A stretch of 63,854 nt of DNA, the filler included, from Octopus bimaculoides (Eukaryota), in assembly GCF_001194135.2 (NCBI RefSeq). It is 4 parts of 4 records of this genome, joined end to end, with 100 filler letters (N's around TTAATTAATTAA, not from the genome) between each part and the next. Parts side by side here need not be neighbours in the genome. Positions count along the whole stretch, not along the records: positions 53,531 to 61,927 come from NC_069003.1; positions 62,028 to 63,854 come from NW_026320560.1; 2 more parts are not named here. One strand, 5' to 3'. Below, one piece after another: positions 61,338 through 63,854 of this stretch. How positions within the stretch are numbered: position 1 is the first letter of the stretch; the number at the start of each line of letters is the position of its first letter. Below the pieces are notes generated by a model that was given only the letters and a program-made list of their open reading frames with translations, did not search any database and was not told the origin of the DNA. A program made the position numbers and the translations under genes.

Positions 61338-61520
61338 TGACCCACACTCAACCACTGTAAGAAAATACAGCAAATCTGGACTCATCAGAGAATATGACAG
61401 TGTCCCAAAATGCTAATGGTCTCTCCACCATTTCACTGGCCCAAACTTTTCTCCGCTTGATTGGTTATCATTTGCTGCATACGTTAGAATGAAGGATTAA
61501 AGAATGGCAGTGAACGTTTC
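61338..61520 (-). mobile_element. Tc1-like transposase fragment
   Basis: Minus strand KVWASEMVERPLAFWDTVIFSDESRF (first catalytic D motif). Confidence 0.65.
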
Positions 61521-61621
61521 GATTTCATCCCACAAGTATTCCATATTAATGTCGTTCTTACATTAGCAATGAGGGACAAGGAATATATGGGCATCTGTGT
61601 GTATATACATGTGTGTATGTA

Positions 61622-61660
<39 letters not shown>

Positions 61661-61895
61661 ACATACAAATGCCTGTGCATATAGATAGATATATGTAGAT
61701 AGGTAAGAATAGTAACGATAATGCACACACACATATGTATGTTTGTGTTACGTATGAATATATTTTCGTACGTATGAACTGCTTAAAGATGAATAGAGAT
61801 ACACACACATGGACGCGCTCATAGACGCAGACACAGATGTGTCCATGTGTATGACACAAAGCATGAATGTGTGTGTATGTGTTATTATATATATA

Positions 61896-61927
<32 letters not shown>

Positions 61928-62463
61928 NNNNNNNNNNNNNNNNNNNNNNNNNNNNNNNNNNNNNNNNNNNNTTAATTAATTAANNNNNNNNNNNNNNNNN
62001 NNNNNNNNNNNNNNNNNNNNNNNNNNNTTTCCCTTCTCTCACCCCCCTCTCTCTCTTTCTCTCTCTCTAAAGTGGCTGTTGCCGTACGCTCCGACGTTTA
62101 GCCCCAGGTCACCTATTATCCAGTCGTTCTATAATCAAAGGTGCCCAACGAAGACCCAGCGACGCCCTTTTCAGAAGCACACTCTACCGCAGAATTTCAT
62201 CGTTCGACGTGTCTTTATTTCTAAAACGGAAGGATTTGATTTTTAAGCGCATTTGGTTGTTATTTCTAGCAGATTCAATGATCGCATCAGAAGACGGAGA
62301 TTTTTAATGGATGTAAACACGTTTAATTATATATATCTTTAAAATTTGGAAGATTCCAGCGATTCTCGATTGATTGGTAATTTTTTCTTTCTCTACCTTT
62401 CTTTATAACGCCTAGGAATATAGATATAGTTTCTTCTTTCATTGAGAGAATTTATATCTCATA

Positions 62464-63096
62464 GGCGTAGGAGTGGCTATGTGGTAAGTAGCTTGCTTAC
62501 AAACCACATGGTTCCGGGTTCAGTCCCACTGCGAGGCATCTTGGGCAAGTGTTTTCTACTATANNNNNNNNNNNNNNNNNNNNNNNNNNNNNNNNNNNNN
62601 NNNNNNNNNNNNNNNNNNNNNNNNNNNNNNNNNNNNNNNNNNNNNNNNNNNNNNNNNNNNNNNNNNNNNNNNNNNNNNNNNNNNNNNNNNNNNNNNNNNN
62701 NNNNNNNNNNNNNNNNNNNNNNNNNNNNNNNNNNNNNNNNNNNNNNNNNNNNNNNNNNNNNNNNNNNNNNNNNNNNNNNNNNNNNNNNNNNNNNNNNNNN
62801 NNNNNNNNNNNNNNNNNNNNNNNNNNNNNNNNNNNNNNNNNTATATATATATATATATGTACGCGTGTGCATATGTTTGGGTGTCTGTATTTGTCCCCCC
62901 CCAACATTGCTTGACAACCGAAGCTGGTGTGTTTACGTCCCCGAAACTTAGCGGTTCGGCAAAAGAGTCCGATAGAATAAGTACTAGGCTTACAAAGAAT
63001 AAGTCTTGGGGTCGATGTGCTCGACTAAAGGCGGTGCTCCAGCATGGCCGCAGTCAAATGACTGAAACAAGTAAAAGAGTAAAAGAGTAAAGAGAG
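62464..63096 (+). mobile_element. tRNA-derived SINE, family 1, full length (gap in the middle)
   Basis: GGCGTAGGAGTGGCTATGTGG..GGGTTCAGTCCC; 3' end ..GACTGAAACAA(GTAAAAGA)n. Confidence 0.9.
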
Positions 63097-63529
63097 TATC
63101 TCATACTTATATTTACATGATATTTTTCCACCCTTTCATATTTGTTTTATAATTTTTTTTATATTATAATCATAGACCTTTATAACAGACACCAAAGACT
63201 TTTCCCATTATAATTTATGAATTGTATATAGCTTATGTATTTTTATATATTTGTATAATCTTCGGATTATCTCTAGACGTGTATATATTTTCATATTTAT
63301 AAATTGATACGATTATAATTTAATTTAATTTAAAAATTTTTATAATTTATAATTTTATCATTTTACTTCATTTTTTAGGTTAAAATTCGATTTAAATTCA
63401 TCTGAACGCACTGCATCGGTTCAGTTTGGTAGCTCACCTGTAGTGGAATCTTCCATTGAAAATGGTTTGCTTCAGCATTGCCTCTCACCCGGTCTTCTAT
63501 CTAAACTATTTTCCTTCATAAGATAATCA

Positions 63530-63581
63530 GAGCCTGATGAACGTACTTGACATGTACTTGAAACGAAACTATTAGTAGCGC
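63530..63581 (+). ncRNA. Degenerate type I hammerhead-like motif
   Basis: CTGATGA 63534-40; stem II A(C)GTAC/GTAC(T)T; duplicated GAAAC; stem III ACT/AGT; GUA at 63577; stem I only 3 of 4 bp. Confidence 0.4.
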
Positions 63582-63618
63582 GTGTAATACATGTGGAGTG
63601 AAACGCATAAAATAATAT

Positions 63619-63854
63619 ACTCTTTACTCTTTTACTTGTTTCAGTCATTTGACTGTTGCCATGCTGGTGCACCGCCTTTAGTCGAGCAAATCGACCCCAG
63701 GACTTATTCTTTGTAAGCCTGATTCTAATTCTATCTGTCTCTTTTGCCGAACCGCTAAGTTACGGGGACGTAAACATACCATCGGTTGTCAAGCGACGTT
63801 GGAGGGACAAACACAAACACACAAACATATGCACACACATGCATATATATATAT
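63619..63854 (-). mobile_element. SINE family 1, 3' half (window edge)
   Basis: Reverse complement of the 62880-63090 region with the same tandem tail. Confidence 0.9.

Noticed and set aside
61370-61395. Minus-strand CTGATGA as a hammerhead core
   Set aside because: It encodes the FSDESRF motif of a Tc1 transposase fragment; no ribozyme stems.
1-63854. CRISPR arrays, rRNA or true tRNA genes
   Set aside because: None seen; tRNA-like boxes all belong to SINE heads and the short repeats are microsatellites.

Overview
Eukaryotic, AT-rich, microsatellite-saturated draft-assembly window with many N gaps. I recognise no intact host gene; almost all listed ORFs are microsatellite or gap read-throughs or decayed transposon frames. 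The repeat repertoire best fits an octopus/cephalopod genome (inference). It contains: many tRNA-derived SINEs of at least 3 families; a same-strand pile-up of about 10 R4/Dong-like RLE non-LTR fragments in (TAA)n tracts (34-46 kb); three Penelope-like element (PLE) copies from two clades; an L1/Tx1-like LINE; a full-length mellifera-type mariner; Tc1, mariner, hAT and Helitron remnants; and several foldback structures. The most notable signal is a roughly 350-nt non-coding unit carrying an intact minimal type I hammerhead ribozyme (49960-50004). Its copies show both A-to-B and B-to-A junctions (tandem or circular template), and it and its diverged relatives (3.4, 23.1, 55.5 kb) repeatedly appear as inverted duplications, one with a 14-bp target-site duplication. 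This suggests a retrozyme or PLE pseudo-LTR system. Further hammerhead-like motifs lie at 25.6, 26.1 and 63.5 kb, and a foldback with outward-facing telomeric repeats lies at 26.5 kb. All alignments and folds were done by eye.
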